This document shows positions 1 through 10,798 of a DNA stretch of 64,000 nt, in pieces. The stretch lies in assembly GCA_963664945.1 (NCBI GenBank), contig OY761822.1, forward strand, positions 3,847,162-3,911,161, in the 5' to 3' direction. A program made the translations under genes and the position numbers. Every line of letters starts with the position of its first letter. The stretch's first letter is position 1. The stretch is from Gammaproteobacteria bacterium. Lineage in GTDB: Bacteria; Pseudomonadota; Gammaproteobacteria; Steroidobacterales; Rariloculaceae. Under the pieces are notes generated by a model. That model was not told where the DNA came from, did not search any database, and saw only the letters and a list, made by a program, of their open reading frames with translations.

Positions 1-1073
1 AGGAGGCGGTCAACGTATTCGATTTCGAACCCGTGGCGCGCAACAACATGACGCTCGCTCACTACGTCTACATGGCGTCGGGTGTCGATGACGGCGCGAC
101 CGTGGCAGCCAACCGCGCCGGGTTCGAAGAGATTCAGTTGCGCGTCCGCCGCCTGGTGGATGTTCGCGAGGTGGATACGCAAATTGAACTCTTCGGAACC
201 CGGCACGCGTTCCCGATCGTCCTCGCCCCCTGCGGAACCCAGCGGGCGTTTCACCCCGAAGGAGAACTGGCCACGGCGCGGGCCTCCGGCTCCCGGGACT
301 GCCTGCAGATCATGTCGACCGTGAGCAGTTTCGGTGTCGAAGACGTCAACGCGCAGCGCGGCGCCCCGGTCTGGTACCAGCTCTATCCGACGGAGAAGTG
401 GGAAGTCACGGAGGGGTTGGTCCGCCGCGCGGAGGCCGCCGGATGCCCCGCCATCGCGGTGACCGTGGACGTGCCGGCCAGCAACCGCGAAGCCATCGCC
501 CGGTTCAGGCGCGACAGCAATCCGGAGTGCCTGCCCTGCCACCAACCGGGGCTCGAGTACTCGACCGGCAAACGCCCCATGTTCGACGGCCTGGACATCA
601 GCGGCCTCGCCAGCACCAGCAGGGCCAGAACCCTGACCTGGGACTTCGTCGACCGCCTCCGCGACTTCACGACCGCCAGGCTCCTGCTCAAGGGCATCGT
701 CACCCACGAGGACGCCAGCCTCGCCGTGGAGCGCGGAGTGGATGGAATCATCGTTTCCAACCATGGCGGGCGGGCCGAAAACAGCGGGCGCGGCGCCATC
801 GAATCCCTGCCGGAGGTGGTCGACGCGGTCGCGGGCCGGATTCCCGTGCTGGTGGACAGCGGCTTTCGCCGGGGCGTCGACGTCTTCAAGGCGCTGGCCA
901 TCGGCGCCGACGCCATCTGCATCGGACGGCCCTACCTGTGGGGTCTGGGCGCCTTCGGTCAGGAAGGGGTGGAAGCGGTCCTGGACCTGTTGCGGCGCGA
1001 ACTGACAGTCATGATGCAGCAGGCCGGCACGACCAGCCTGGATGCCATCAACCGCGATTACCTGGCTACCTGA
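1..1073 (+). CDS. FMN-dependent alpha-hydroxy-acid dehydrogenase/oxidase (LldD / glycolate oxidase family); 5' end probably off-window
   Basis: ORF 33..1073. The frame stays open back to nt 3 (EAVNVFDFEPVARN...), so the true start is likely left of the window. Family-typical segments are present: WYQLY, SNHGGR, DSGFRRG.DV.KALA.GA. Confidence 0.8.
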   Translation, partial: EAVNVFDFEPVARNNMTLAHYVYMASGVDDGATVAANRAGFEEIQLRVRRLVDVREVDTQIELFGTRHAFPIVLAPCGTQRAFHPEGELATARASGSRDCLQIMSTVSSFGVEDVNAQRGAPVWYQLYPTEKWEVTEGLVRRAEAAGCPAIAVTVDVPASNREAIARFRRDSNPECLPCHQPGLEYSTGKRPMFDGLDISGLASTSRARTLTWDFVDRLRDFTTARLLLKGIVTHEDASLAVERGVDGIIVSNHGGRAENSGRGAIESLPEVVDAVAGRIPVLVDSGFRRGVDVFKALAIGADAICIGRPYLWGLGAFGQEGVEAVLDLLRRELTVMMQQAGTTSLDAINRDYLAT

Positions 1074-1151
1074 TTCGACCGCGACAGGCTGGCGGCGCGA
1101 TTGGCTTCGATTTCATGGCGGCGGCCACCTGGCAGGTGGAATTGCCCGCGA

Positions 1152-2033
1152 TTACCCGGCGGCCCGGTTCCGTCCATCCAGATAGCCTGCGAAGTCGTTT
1201 CCGACCTGGGGGTCCCGCAGCCCGTATTCCACCAGCGCCTGCAGGTAGCCGAGCTTGGTGCCGCAGTCGTAGCGCACGCCCTCGAAGGCCAGGGCGTGAA
1301 CGGCTTCCTCGTCCATGAGGCTTGCGATTCCGTCGGTCAATTGAATTTCATCGCCAGCACCACGCTGCGTGGTCCGCAGCTTGTCGAAAATTCGCGGCGT
1401 CAGCAGATAGCGCCCCACCACGGCCAGATTTGAAGGGGCGTCCTCGGGTCTCGGTTTCTCGACGATACCGGTGATCCTGCGCGCGCCCGTTGGCTGCTCC
1501 TCCACAGCGACGATGCCGTAACTGGCCGTGCGTTCGTCGGGCACGGTCTGCACCGCGAGCACACTGCCGCCGTGGCGTTCGAAATGATCCCGCATTTGCG
1601 CAAGGCATGGCGTAGCGCCGTAGATGAGATCGTCGGGCAGGTGCACGTAGAAGGGTTCATCGCCGACCGCCGCACGGGCGCAAAGCACCGCGTGACCCAG
1701 ACCCAGCGGTACGCCCTGGCGCACAAAAACGCAGCTCGCCGAGGCCGGAAGGATCCCGCGGACCGAGGCCAGCAACCCGGCCTTTCCCGACTCTTCCAAT
1801 GACCGCTCCAACTCGGCATCGACGTCGAAGTGGTCCTCGATCCCCTTCTTGCCGGCGGACGTGACGAAGATCAGTTTTTCGGCGCCCGCGGCCACCGCTT
1901 CCTCCACCGCGTACTGGACCAGCGGCTTGTCCACGATCGGGAACATCTCCTTGGGCGTCGCCTTTGTCGCGGGCAGGAAACGGCTGCCGCGGCCGGCGAC
2001 CGGAAAAACCGCGGTGCGTACGATGGAACTCAG
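1152..2033 (-). CDS. galU: UTP--glucose-1-phosphate uridylyltransferase
   Basis: The tracked ORF starts at MFPIVDKPL (1946), but the conserved N-terminus [26 protein letters not shown] is encoded in-frame upstream. There is no ATG/GTG/TTG before the stop at 2067-2069. A CTG at 2033 lies 7 nt after GGGAGGG (2041-2047). Confidence 0.85.
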   Translation of the reverse strand: MSSIVRTAVFPVAGRGSRFLPATKATPKEMFPIVDKPLVQYAVEEAVAAGAEKLIFVTSAGKKGIEDHFDVDAELERSLEESGKAGLLASVRGILPASASCVFVRQGVPLGLGHAVLCARAAVGDEPFYVHLPDDLIYGATPCLAQMRDHFERHGGSVLAVQTVPDERTASYGIVAVEEQPTGARRITGIVEKPRPEDAPSNLAVVGRYLLTPRIFDKLRTTQRGAGDEIQLTDGIASLMDEEAVHALAFEGVRYDCGTKLGYLQALVEYGLRDPQVGNDFAGYLDGRNRAAG

Positions 2034-2209
2034 CGGGGCACCCTCCCTGACAGATCCGAGAGGGCATCATACCGGAGTTTGGAAAAAGTTCGCCCGGCCG
2101 TCCGGTCGATTCGGCCCGACTCGCCCCGCTACCGCCTGCCGCGCCGGCGAAGCGGCATCGAGCGGCGGGGAAATGATCGGCCAGCCGGCCGGGCAAGGAA
2201 AAACCGGCG

Positions 2210-2518
2210 CTACCCGTCTTCTTCCTCTTCAGGCGTCGAAACCAGGATATTGCCCTCGTTCACCGCCAGAACATGGTCGCCGATCCCCCTCACTCGCGCC
2301 AGCGCCTCGGCGGAGGGAAATTCGCCATTCGCCTCGCGGTCGGCCACGATGGCCGCGGCCAGCGCCGGACCGACGCCGGTCAATTCCATCGCCAGCATTT
2401 CGGCGCTGGCTGTGTTGATGTTCACCGGGCCGGCCAGAACCAGGCCCGGCGCCAAGCCCACCAGGAACACGCATGCGATTTTCTTGAAAAGTCCTCTCAT
2501 CAATCTCTCCTTTGTCAA
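2210..2518 (-). CDS. ComEA-family helix-hairpin-helix DNA-binding protein with signal peptide
   Basis: 102 aa. Hydrophobic N-terminus followed by VNINTASAEML..LTGVGPALAAAIV..R..NG.F.S.E.L..V.GIG, the ComEA HhH signature. Confidence 0.75.
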   Translation of the reverse strand: MTKERLMRGLFKKIACVFLVGLAPGLVLAGPVNINTASAEMLAMELTGVGPALAAAIVADREANGEFPSAEALARVRGIGDHVLAVNEGNILVSTPEEEEDG

Positions 2519-2644
2519 TGGTTTGGAAGGGACAAGGGAATGCTAGGCCACCCGAATCGGGCTGGCAGCCTTCCAATCCAGCGAGATTGACGACATTTGC
2601 GGGTCAGGGCCTGTCCAATCGCCCCGAATTGGCGCAAAAAGGCG

Positions 2645-3829
2645 CTAGGCAACCATTTCGGCGAAGCGAAACGCCCGCACCGGGCGAACGGTCTCCCACG
2701 ACTTGCAGCTCGGACAGCGCCAGACCAGGCGCTTCGCGCTGTAGCCGCAACCGGTGCAGCGGTAGCGGGACCCCGACATGGCCAAGCGGCGCAGCCCGCC
2801 GCAGATCCTGTGGATCGACGCCTGACGCCTTTCAGGCGGCAGCGCCCTGAGGTGCTCGGTATCGATCAGCGGGGCGAGCGTGTCATTGTCAAGCAGAAAT
2901 TCCTCGACGCACTCACGCAGCAGCGGAGCCTGTTCCAGCCCGCCGGTGATCGCCGCATAGGCGATGTCCCGCTTGATCGATCCGTCCTTGCGGATCAATC
3001 CTCTCAGATAACGCTCCATCTCCACATCGCCGCCGGTCTCCCGGCAGGCCGATCCGAACAGCGGCAGGATTTCCGCCATCAAGCCGCGGTCCGCCGTAAG
3101 CAGTTGCTTGTACAGCGTAACCGCCCGTGAATAGTCGCCCTGCTCCCTGGCGATAGCGGCACGGATCAGCGTGCCCCGCAAAGTGCCCGACGCGCTTCGC
3201 CTGGAGTCCGTCAAGTGCCGGCGCGCCGCCTCCATGTCACCGTCCAGCCTGGCTCGCTCGGCCAGTTCACAGTAGTAATGGGCAACCTCCACCGACTTTT
3301 CGCCCGTGCGTGAATCGAGCTTGCGCCGGGCCTCGATGGCCTTGTCCCAGTTCCGTTCCCGTTCGTAGATATCCACCAGGCTGCGCAAGGCCGGTACCGC
3401 CATCGTCGGGCTTGACCGCAGTTCGCCAAAGAGTTTCTCCGCCCTGTCGAACAGCCCGGCGCCAAGATAGTCGCTGGCCAGGGAATGCAGCGCCTGGTGA
3501 CGCTGGGTCTCGCTCAGATTGGGTCGGGCCAGGAGATTCTGATGGACCCGGATCGCACGGTCCACCTCGCCCCGGCGGCGGAACAGGTGCCCGAGCGCGA
3601 AATGCGTTTCGAGCGTGTCGTCGTCCACCTTCGCCATGCGGACGAACAGTTCCAGAGCCTCGTCGGTCTGGCGATTGAGGACCAGGTTGAGGCCGCGAAG
3701 ATAGTCCGCGCCAATGGATGACTCCGGGGGCTCGTCCCGCCGGAAATCCGGCAGCCGCGCGAACAGCCAGCCGATGGCCGCGGCGACGACCAGCAGTCCG
3801 GCGAGCAGGAATGTCGATTCAGTCGGCAT
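2645..3829 (-). CDS. lapB: Lipopolysaccharide assembly protein B (TPR plus C-terminal rubredoxin-like CxxC...CxxC)
   Basis: N-terminal TM helix (MPTESTFLLAGLLVVAAAIGWLF), TPR-like repeats, and C-terminal CTGCGYSAKRLVWRCPSCKSWETV. Start set at ATG 3829; the 440-aa tracked ORF over-extends into lapA. Confidence 0.85.
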   Translation of the reverse strand: MPTESTFLLAGLLVVAAAIGWLFARLPDFRRDEPPESSIGADYLRGLNLVLNRQTDEALELFVRMAKVDDDTLETHFALGHLFRRRGEVDRAIRVHQNLLARPNLSETQRHQALHSLASDYLGAGLFDRAEKLFGELRSSPTMAVPALRSLVDIYERERNWDKAIEARRKLDSRTGEKSVEVAHYYCELAERARLDGDMEAARRHLTDSRRSASGTLRGTLIRAAIAREQGDYSRAVTLYKQLLTADRGLMAEILPLFGSACRETGGDVEMERYLRGLIRKDGSIKRDIAYAAITGGLEQAPLLRECVEEFLLDNDTLAPLIDTEHLRALPPERRQASIHRICGGLRRLAMSGSRYRCTGCGYSAKRLVWRCPSCKSWETVRPVRAFRFAEMVA

Positions 3830-4115
3830 CTTGCAGCGGCAGGTTGCGCAGGCTGCTGACCTCTGCGTCGGCCAGCCTGAGCTTTCTGCGCAGCCGCCGC
3901 CGCTCGCCGGCCATCCGAACGACAGCCACTCCCGCCGAGAGCAGCCCGGCCACCCACCCGACCGCAAACGCGACGGCGAAGGCCAGGGGCGCCGGAACGT
4001 TTTCGAACCGGGTAAAGGCGATGTCCACGTCGAGAGTGCCCGGGTTGTTCCAGGCGAACACCGCCGCGATCAGCACCACCAGGAGCAACGCGAAAAACAA
4101 CCCGATCTTGCGCAC
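3819..4115 (-). CDS. lapA: Lipopolysaccharide assembly protein A (small two-TM inner-membrane protein)
   Basis: 98 aa with two hydrophobic helices and a basic/acidic tail. Lies immediately upstream of lapB and overlaps it by 11 nt, the usual lapAB arrangement. Confidence 0.65.
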   Translation of the reverse strand: MRKIGLFFALLLVVLIAAVFAWNNPGTLDVDIAFTRFENVPAPLAFAVAFAVGWVAGLLSAGVAVVRMAGERRRLRRKLRLADAEVSSLRNLPLQDAD

Positions 4116-4217
4116 AGCGACAATCCCCAGGAAAACCCTTGCAGGCCGTTACCGTCGGCCCGAATCTTGCGCCGGCGCCCCGGAAAATGACGCCGGCCCC
4201 GCGGGTCCGGACACGGG

Positions 4218-4520
4218 TCAACTGCGCACAGGCAAGTGACGCCCTCCGTTGACGCGCTCCCGCAGGTCCTTGCCCGGCTTGAAATGGGGCACGTACTTGC
4301 CGGACAGGGCGACCGGTTCGCCGGTCTTCGGATTACGGCCCGTCCGCGGAGGGCGGTAATGCAGCGAGAAACTGCCGAATCCCCGAATCTCGATACGCTG
4401 GCCGTCGGCCAGCGTTTCACTCATCAACTCCAGGAGGTGCTTGATTGCCAACTCCACATCTTTCGCGGGTAGATGCTTTTGCTTGCTGGCTACAGCTTCA
4501 ATCAACTCGGACTTTGTCAT
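4218..4520 (-). CDS. ihfB: Integration host factor subunit beta
   Basis: MTKSELIE....LPAKDVE.AIK.LLE.M...[39 protein letters not shown]. Located downstream of rpsA as in many gammaproteobacteria. Confidence 0.92.
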   Translation of the reverse strand: MTKSELIEAVASKQKHLPAKDVELAIKHLLELMSETLADGQRIEIRGFGSFSLHYRPPRTGRNPKTGEPVALSGKYVPHFKPGKDLRERVNGGRHLPVRS

Positions 4521-4577
4521 GGCCATACACCACTTTCGAGGGTCTCGACGATACCCGAGACATTGTCGGACTTTCGG

Positions 4578-6257
4578 TTACCGATCCGGGGACATCTGCT
4601 CCTTGAGCAAATCGCCCAATGTCGCTCCGGCCGCGGGCTTGCCGGCCTCGGACTTGTAGTTCCTGATTGCCTGCGCCTCTTCGCTGGCTTCCTTTTCCTT
4701 GACGGACAGCGTCACGTTGCGGCGCCTGCGATCCACTCCGGTGAGCTTGGCCTCGACTTCGTCCCCCGGCTTGAGCGCCATTCTCGCGTCGTCGACACGG
4801 TCACGGGAAATCTCCGTCGCGCGAAGCCGGCCAATGACACCGTCCGCCAGCGCGACGGTGGCGCCCCTGGCGTCCACTTCCTGAACGACGCCCCGGACGA
4901 ACGATCCAGTGGCATGTTCGGCGATGAACCGGGAGAGGGGGTCCTTGTCCAGTTGCTTCACGCCCAGCGAGATCCTCTCCCGCTCCGGATCGATCGCGAG
5001 CACCATCGTCTCCAGTTCCTCGCCCTTTCGATAGTTGCGCACAGCCACGTCGCCCGGCATGTCCCAGGAGAGGTCGGACAGGTGAACCAGGCCGTCGATG
5101 CCCCCCGGCAGACCGATGAAGACGCCGAAGTCCGTGATCGACTTGATTTGCCCCTCGACCCGGTCGCCCTTGCGGAAGTTCTGCCCGAACTCCACCCAGG
5201 GGTTGGGCTTGCACTGTTTCAGGCCCAGTGAAATGCGGCGCCGGTCCTCGTCGATATCCAGCACCATGACCTCGACTTCGTCCCCGACCTGGACCACCTT
5301 GTGAGGGCTGACGTTCTTGTTGGTCCAGTCCATCTCCGAGACATGCACAAGACCCTCCACGCCCTCCTCGATCTCCACGAAGCAGCCATAGTCGGCAATA
5401 TTGGTCACCCTGCCGAACAGCCTCGCGTGATGCGGATGCCGGCGCGACAGGTCGGTCCACGGGTCCGCGCCGAGTTGCTTGAGTCCGAGGGATACCCGGC
5501 TGCGCTCGCGGTCGAACTTGAGCACCCTGACTTCCAGCTCGTCACCGACGTTGACCACTTCCGAAGGGTGCTTCACTCGCTTCCACGCCATGTCGGTGAT
5601 GTGCAGGAGACCGTCAATTCCGCCCAGGTCCACGAAGGCGCCGTAATCGGTGAGGTTCTTGACCACGCCCTTGAGCTTGATGCCCTCCTGGAGCTTCTTC
5701 AGCAACGCCTCGCGTTCCGCGCTGTACTCCTCCTCCACGACCGCGCGCCGGGAGACGACCACGTTGTTGCGCTTCCGATCCAGCTTGATGACCTTGAACT
5801 CGAGCGTATTGCCCTCAAGGTAGGCGGGGTCGCGCACCGGCCGCACGTCCACAAGCGAACCCGGCAGGAACGCCCGGACCAGGTCGAGATCCACCGTAAA
5901 GCCTCCGCGCACGCGTCCGCTGATGGTTCCCTTGACGATCTTGCCGTTCGCGAAAGCCTCCTCGAGACGGCCCCACATACGCGTGCGTTTGGCCTTCTCC
6001 CTCGAAAGGCGGGTCTCGCCGAAGCCGTCCTCGACCGCGTCAAGCGCGACCTCGACTTCGTCGCCGACCCCGACCTCAAGGTCACCCTTGTCGTCGAAAA
6101 ACTGATTGGCCGGAATGACGGCTTCGGACTTCAAACCGGCGTTGACGATCACCACGTCCTGGTTCACGTCGACCACCGTTGCCTGCAGGATGGCGCCCTG
6201 TTTCATCTGCCGATTGGCGAGACTCTCCTCCAGCAACTCGGCAAAGGATTCACTCAT
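4578..6257 (-). CDS. rpsA: 30S ribosomal protein S1
   Basis: 559 aa with six S1 repeats. N-terminus is [13 protein letters not shown] and the motif [23 protein letters not shown] recurs. Confidence 0.96.
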   Translation of the reverse strand: MSESFAELLEESLANRQMKQGAILQATVVDVNQDVVIVNAGLKSEAVIPANQFFDDKGDLEVGVGDEVEVALDAVEDGFGETRLSREKAKRTRMWGRLEEAFANGKIVKGTISGRVRGGFTVDLDLVRAFLPGSLVDVRPVRDPAYLEGNTLEFKVIKLDRKRNNVVVSRRAVVEEEYSAEREALLKKLQEGIKLKGVVKNLTDYGAFVDLGGIDGLLHITDMAWKRVKHPSEVVNVGDELEVRVLKFDRERSRVSLGLKQLGADPWTDLSRRHPHHARLFGRVTNIADYGCFVEIEEGVEGLVHVSEMDWTNKNVSPHKVVQVGDEVEVMVLDIDEDRRRISLGLKQCKPNPWVEFGQNFRKGDRVEGQIKSITDFGVFIGLPGGIDGLVHLSDLSWDMPGDVAVRNYRKGEELETMVLAIDPERERISLGVKQLDKDPLSRFIAEHATGSFVRGVVQEVDARGATVALADGVIGRLRATEISRDRVDDARMALKPGDEVEAKLTGVDRRRRNVTLSVKEKEASEEAQAIRNYKSEAGKPAAGATLGDLLKEQMSPDR

Positions 6258-6355
6258 GCATGTTCTTCCGCTCGCGCGGGCCTCCAGTTCAGCGCCTGCC
6301 CATCCCGGACCGGCGGTCAGTCAACTTCACGCCGGCATCCTGCCGACGCTCGAAA

Positions 6356-7045
6356 TCAAATCGAATACAACCCCAATTCCCCGAGCCAGCCCCGGATGCG
6401 CGCATTCACTTCCTCCGGAGACAATCCGGTGGAATCCAGGACGCGAGCGTCCTCCGCTGGTTTGAGAGGCGCGACCTCGCGGTTGGCATCCCGCTCATCC
6501 CGCCGCGCGATGTCCTCCGAAAGGTTCGGCAGGCTAACATCCATACCCTTTTGGATCAACTGCTTATAGCGCCTCCGGGCACGTTCTTCAGGGCTGGCGG
6601 TGAGATAGACCTTCAATTCGGCCTCGGGGAAAACCACGGTGCCCATGTCGCGTCCGTCGGCGACGAGTCCGGGCGGTCTGGCGAAGGCCCGCTGCCGCGC
6701 CCACAGGGCCTTGCGAACCTCCGGTAGCGCGGCAATTCGCGAAGCCATGGCGCCGCACTCCTCCGTGCGCAGCAGCGCGGTGACATCGTCGCCGTCCAGC
6801 CGCACCGCCTCGGGCCCGCCCGCCGCGGCGAACTCGACCCGCATGCGCGACGCGGCAGCGGCCAGGGCCTCCGCCCGGTCCAATCCGATCGCGCCGCGAT
6901 TCGCGGTCAACGCGGCGGACCGGTACAACGCGCCACTGTCCAGCAAGCGCCAGCCGAGGCTCACGGCGAGGGACCGGCCGATGGCCCCCTTGCCGGAACC
7001 CGTCGGACCGTCGATGGTGACGACCGGCACGCCGTTGACCGTCAT
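6356..7045 (-). CDS. cmk: Cytidylate kinase
   Basis: MTVNGVPVVTIDGPTGSGKG (P-loop). Start ATG 7045 overlaps the aroA stop as ATGA. The tracked 359-aa ORF is an Arg-rich upstream over-extension. Confidence 0.9.
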   Translation of the reverse strand: MTVNGVPVVTIDGPTGSGKGAIGRSLAVSLGWRLLDSGALYRSAALTANRGAIGLDRAEALAAAASRMRVEFAAAGGPEAVRLDGDDVTALLRTEECGAMASRIAALPEVRKALWARQRAFARPPGLVADGRDMGTVVFPEAELKVYLTASPEERARRRYKQLIQKGMDVSLPNLSEDIARRDERDANREVAPLKPAEDARVLDSTGLSPEEVNARIRGWLGELGLYSI

Positions 7046-8385
7046 TCCGGCGCCCCGACGACCGTTGATTCCATGGCAAGTCCACAGCCGGCCGCGACTC
7101 GCTCGAAGTCCGGAAACGACGTGGAAACCTGGTCCGTGCCCAACACCTCGACGGGTTCCCGCGCCACCGACCCGGCCACGGCAAAGGCCATCGCGTTGCG
7201 GTGATCGCCCTGCGCGTCGACACGCCCGCCGTGCAACTCGCCGCCCACGATGACCAATCCGTCGGGGCGTTCTTCCACGTCGGCGCCCAGCCGCCGAAGC
7301 CCCTCGGCCATGACACCGATGCGGTCGCTTTCCTTGTAGCGCAACTCTTCGGCGCCGCGTATCACCGTCCTGCCCTTGGCGAAAGCGGCCGCCACGAACA
7401 GAACCGGGAACTCGTCGATGGCCAGCGGCACCCATGCCGGAGGAACTTCGATACCGCGCAGTTCGCTCCTGGAGACAAGGATATCGGCCACGGGTTCGCC
7501 CCCGAGGATTCGCCGCGATCGGGTTTCGATGCGGCCTCCCATGGCTTCGACGATGCTGAGGAGTCCGCTGCGCGTGGGGTTTACGCCCACGTTTCGGATC
7601 AACAGCCCCCCGCGGGCTGCGAGCAAGCCGGCGACCAGGAAAAAGGCCGCCGAGGAAAAGTCCCCGGGTATTTCCGTATGGATCGGTTCGAGCCGGTCCG
7701 GCGGGCGAATGGTCACGACTTCGTCGAGCCTGGTTTCGACGGCAACGCCCATGGACCTCAGCAGCCGTTCGGTGTGGTCCCGGCTGCGTCCCGGCGAGCG
7801 AACGACGGTCTGGCCCCGCGCGCGAAGACCCGCCAGCAACAATGCGGATTTGAGCTGCGCGCTGGCTACCGGCAATGTGTATTCGATCGCCGTCAACGGG
7901 TATTGCCCCCTGATGCGGACCGGAGCGGTTCCCGACCGGGTTACAACCTCCGCCCCCATGGCGCGAAGCGGCTTGGCGACCCGTTCCATGGGACGCCGGC
8001 GCAACGATTCATCGCCCGTGAGTTCGCTGGCGAAGGGCTGTGACGCCAACAGCCCCGCCAGCAGCCGCATCCCGGTGCCGGAATTTTCGAGGTCCAGCGG
8101 CTTGCCGGGCGCCCGCAATCCATCCAGGCCGACGCCCCGCACGCGCAGGTCGCCGTCCTCCACGTTCAACTGCACGCCCAGCGCGCGCAACGCCGCCGCC
8201 GTTGCGAGACAGTCGTCTCCGGTGAGGAAACCCTTGACCGTGCTGGTTCCCTCCGCCAGCGCGCTCAGCAACGCGGTCCGGTGAGAGATCGACTTGTCGC
8301 CCGGCACCCGCAGTTCGCCGCCCACCTCGCGAACCGGTTGGACGACGAATGCCTGCCGCTCGGCACTCAGCGAATCAGCTTGCAT
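7042..8385 (-). CDS. aroA: 3-phosphoshikimate 1-carboxyvinyltransferase (EPSP synthase)
   Basis: 447 aa. Motifs GELRVPGDKSISHR, LENSGTGMRLL and ELRYKESDR. Confidence 0.9.
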   Translation of the reverse strand: MQADSLSAERQAFVVQPVREVGGELRVPGDKSISHRTALLSALAEGTSTVKGFLTGDDCLATAAALRALGVQLNVEDGDLRVRGVGLDGLRAPGKPLDLENSGTGMRLLAGLLASQPFASELTGDESLRRRPMERVAKPLRAMGAEVVTRSGTAPVRIRGQYPLTAIEYTLPVASAQLKSALLLAGLRARGQTVVRSPGRSRDHTERLLRSMGVAVETRLDEVVTIRPPDRLEPIHTEIPGDFSSAAFFLVAGLLAARGGLLIRNVGVNPTRSGLLSIVEAMGGRIETRSRRILGGEPVADILVSRSELRGIEVPPAWVPLAIDEFPVLFVAAAFAKGRTVIRGAEELRYKESDRIGVMAEGLRRLGADVEERPDGLVIVGGELHGGRVDAQGDHRNAMAFAVAGSVAREPVEVLGTDQVSTSFPDFERVAAGCGLAMESTVVGAPE

Positions 8386-8426
8386 TCTTGATCAACTCGT
8401 GTCGCGAGAGTGCGGGATCCCACGCA

Positions 8427-9533
8427 CTACAGCACGGCCCTGGGATAGGAGCCGAGCACGCGGAAAAGGTCCGCATGAGTCTCGACCTGCGCAAGCGCCT
8501 TGCTGACGCCTTCGTCTTCGGCATGGCCCTCGATATCCACGAAGAATACGTAGTCCCACCTGCGGCGCCGGGACGGGCGCGACTCGATGCGCGTCATGCT
8601 GATGCCACCCTGGGCCAGTGGGTCGAGCAGACTATGGAGCACGCCCGCCCCCTTTGTGCCGGCGGAGGAAATGAGCAACGACGTCTTGTCCTCGCCGCTG
8701 GGCGGAAAGAGCCTGGGGCCGATGACCAGGAACCGGGTCGTGTTGTCGGCGTGGTCCTCGATGTTGGGGATGACGATGTTCAGGCCATAGACCTCCGCCG
8801 CCACCTTGCCGGCGATGGCGGCGGTGCCGTCTTCGTCCCGGGCGCGCCGGGCGGCCGCGGCGTTGCTCGAAACCGGTATCGTCTCCACGTCCGGCAACGA
8901 TTGCGCGAGCCAGGCGCGGCACTGGGCGAGGGACTGGGGATGCGAACAGATGCGTTCGACCTTGCGAATGTTGTCCATTTGCCCCATCAGGTGCTGGCGA
9001 ATCCGCAGTTCGACCTCGCCGCAGATCTTCAGCGGCGAAGTCAGGAACATGTCCAGGGTATGGGTCACGGTCCCCTCGGAGGAATTCTCGACCGGCACCA
9101 CGCCGAAATCGGCCGCCCCGCCTTCGACCTCCTGGAATACCTCGTCGATCGTCGGCAACGACAACGCCCTCACCGAGTGTCCGAACTGCTTGAGCACCGC
9201 CGACTGGGTGAAGGTGCCTTCCGGACCGAGAAAGGCGACCTTCAAGGGCTCTTCCTGGGCGAGGCACGCGGACATGATCTCCCTGAACACGCGGACCATT
9301 TCCTCGTTCCCGAGCGGACCGTCGTTTCGCCCGATCACCTCGCGCAGGACGCGGGCTTCCCGCTCCGGCCGGTAGAACTCCGCCGAACCCGAAAATCCCT
9401 TTGCCTCGCCGACCTCGCGGGCGATGGCCGCCCGTTCCGAAATCAACGTCTGAATCAGGGCGTCGATCTCGTCGATGCGGTTGCGCAGATGTGACAGCGC
9501 GGCATCGCCTTGCGCGGCAGTCCGGTCATTCAT
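8427..9533 (-). CDS. pheA: Bifunctional chorismate mutase / prephenate dehydratase (P-protein)
   Basis: 368 aa. N-terminal CM domain (LSHLRNRIDEIDALI), PDT domain (VAFLGPEGTFT) and C-terminal ACT region (ESRPS motif). Confidence 0.9.
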   Translation of the reverse strand: MNDRTAAQGDAALSHLRNRIDEIDALIQTLISERAAIAREVGEAKGFSGSAEFYRPEREARVLREVIGRNDGPLGNEEMVRVFREIMSACLAQEEPLKVAFLGPEGTFTQSAVLKQFGHSVRALSLPTIDEVFQEVEGGAADFGVVPVENSSEGTVTHTLDMFLTSPLKICGEVELRIRQHLMGQMDNIRKVERICSHPQSLAQCRAWLAQSLPDVETIPVSSNAAAARRARDEDGTAAIAGKVAAEVYGLNIVIPNIEDHADNTTRFLVIGPRLFPPSGEDKTSLLISSAGTKGAGVLHSLLDPLAQGGISMTRIESRPSRRRRWDYVFFVDIEGHAEDEGVSKALAQVETHADLFRVLGSYPRAVL

Positions 9534-9588
9534 GTCGCAACCCTGTCATGTGCGTGGAACGCGGTATGGGGCATGCCCACCGGGGCTG

Positions 9589-10767
9589 CTAGTCCTCCAC
9601 CAACAGCCGGGCGCAGAGTATGCCATCGATGGAAGCGATGCGCTCCATCGTCGCCTTGCCAACCGGTTCGTCCACATCGATCAGGGTATAGGCCAATCCC
9701 CCCCGGGAGACGTTCAGGAGATCCGCAATGTTGATGCTGGCCTCCGCCAGGGCGATGGATATCTGGCCCACCATGGCCGGCACATTGGCGTTGGCGATGG
9801 CCAGCCGGTGCGGGCGCCGCCGGCGCAGGAGCGCTTCGGGAAAATTGACGGACGCCCGAATTTCGCCATGCTCGAGATACAGCTTCAGGTTCTCCGCCAC
9901 CATGACGGCGCAGTTGGCCTCCGCCTCCGCCGTGGACGCGCCAAGGTGAGGCAGGCAGACGACCCGCGGCCGCCCCATGAGCCGTGCGGCCGGAAAGTCG
10001 GTCACATAGGCGCCGATGCGCCCCGCCTGAATCAGCTCCAGCACGGCCGCGTCGTCCACCACGCCCTGGCGGGAGAAATTCAGCACGATGGCGCCCGGCC
10101 GAAGCTGTTCCAGGCGCGCGCGATTCACCATGGCCCGGGTGTCGCCGTTCAGCGGCACGTGGGGGCTGATCACATCCGCGCGCTGGAAAATCTCGTCGAG
10201 CTGGTTGGCTTGCTGGACACCGGAAGAGAGCTGCCACGCCCGGCGAACCGTGACCTTGGGGTCGTAACCCACCACCTGCATTCCCAGGGCCAGCGCGGCG
10301 TTGGCGACTTCCACGCCGATGGCGCCGAGGCCGATGACTCCAAGCGTGCGGCTCGGCAGCTCGAATCCCGTGAACTGCTTCTTGCCGGCTTCCACGGCCG
10401 CGCCGATCTGCGCGTCATCGCCCTTCAGGCCACGCACGTATTCCCCGGCGGCCGGCAGATTGCGGGCGACCATGAGCAGCGAGCCCACCACCAGTTCCTT
10501 GACGGCGTTGGCGTTGGCCCCGGGGGCGTTGAAGACGGGAATCCCGCGCCGGCTCAGGATATCCACCGGAATATTGTTCACCCCGGCGCCGGCACGGGCC
10601 ACGGCGCTCAGGGACGCCGGCAAGTCCATTTCATGCAAATTGTGCGAGCGAAGCATGATCGCGTCCGGCTCGGACACGCCGTGGCCCACCTCGTATCGCT
10701 CCGGGGGCAGTCGGCGCAGACCTTCTTCGGCAAGCTTGTTGAACGTCAGTACCTTGAATGTGTTCAT
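9589..10767 (-). CDS. serA: D-3-phosphoglycerate dehydrogenase
   Basis: 2-hydroxyacid dehydrogenase fold (GVIGLGAIG NAD-binding loop) plus a C-terminal ACT-like domain. Start set at MNTFKVL (ATG 10767), which avoids overlap with serC. Confidence 0.85.
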   Translation of the reverse strand: MNTFKVLTFNKLAEEGLRRLPPERYEVGHGVSEPDAIMLRSHNLHEMDLPASLSAVARAGAGVNNIPVDILSRRGIPVFNAPGANANAVKELVVGSLLMVARNLPAAGEYVRGLKGDDAQIGAAVEAGKKQFTGFELPSRTLGVIGLGAIGVEVANAALALGMQVVGYDPKVTVRRAWQLSSGVQQANQLDEIFQRADVISPHVPLNGDTRAMVNRARLEQLRPGAIVLNFSRQGVVDDAAVLELIQAGRIGAYVTDFPAARLMGRPRVVCLPHLGASTAEAEANCAVMVAENLKLYLEHGEIRASVNFPEALLRRRRPHRLAIANANVPAMVGQISIALAEASINIADLLNVSRGGLAYTLIDVDEPVGKATMERIASIDGILCARLLVED

Positions 10768-10798
10768 CGACTCTTCCGTGTCCGGAATCGCATTGGTC

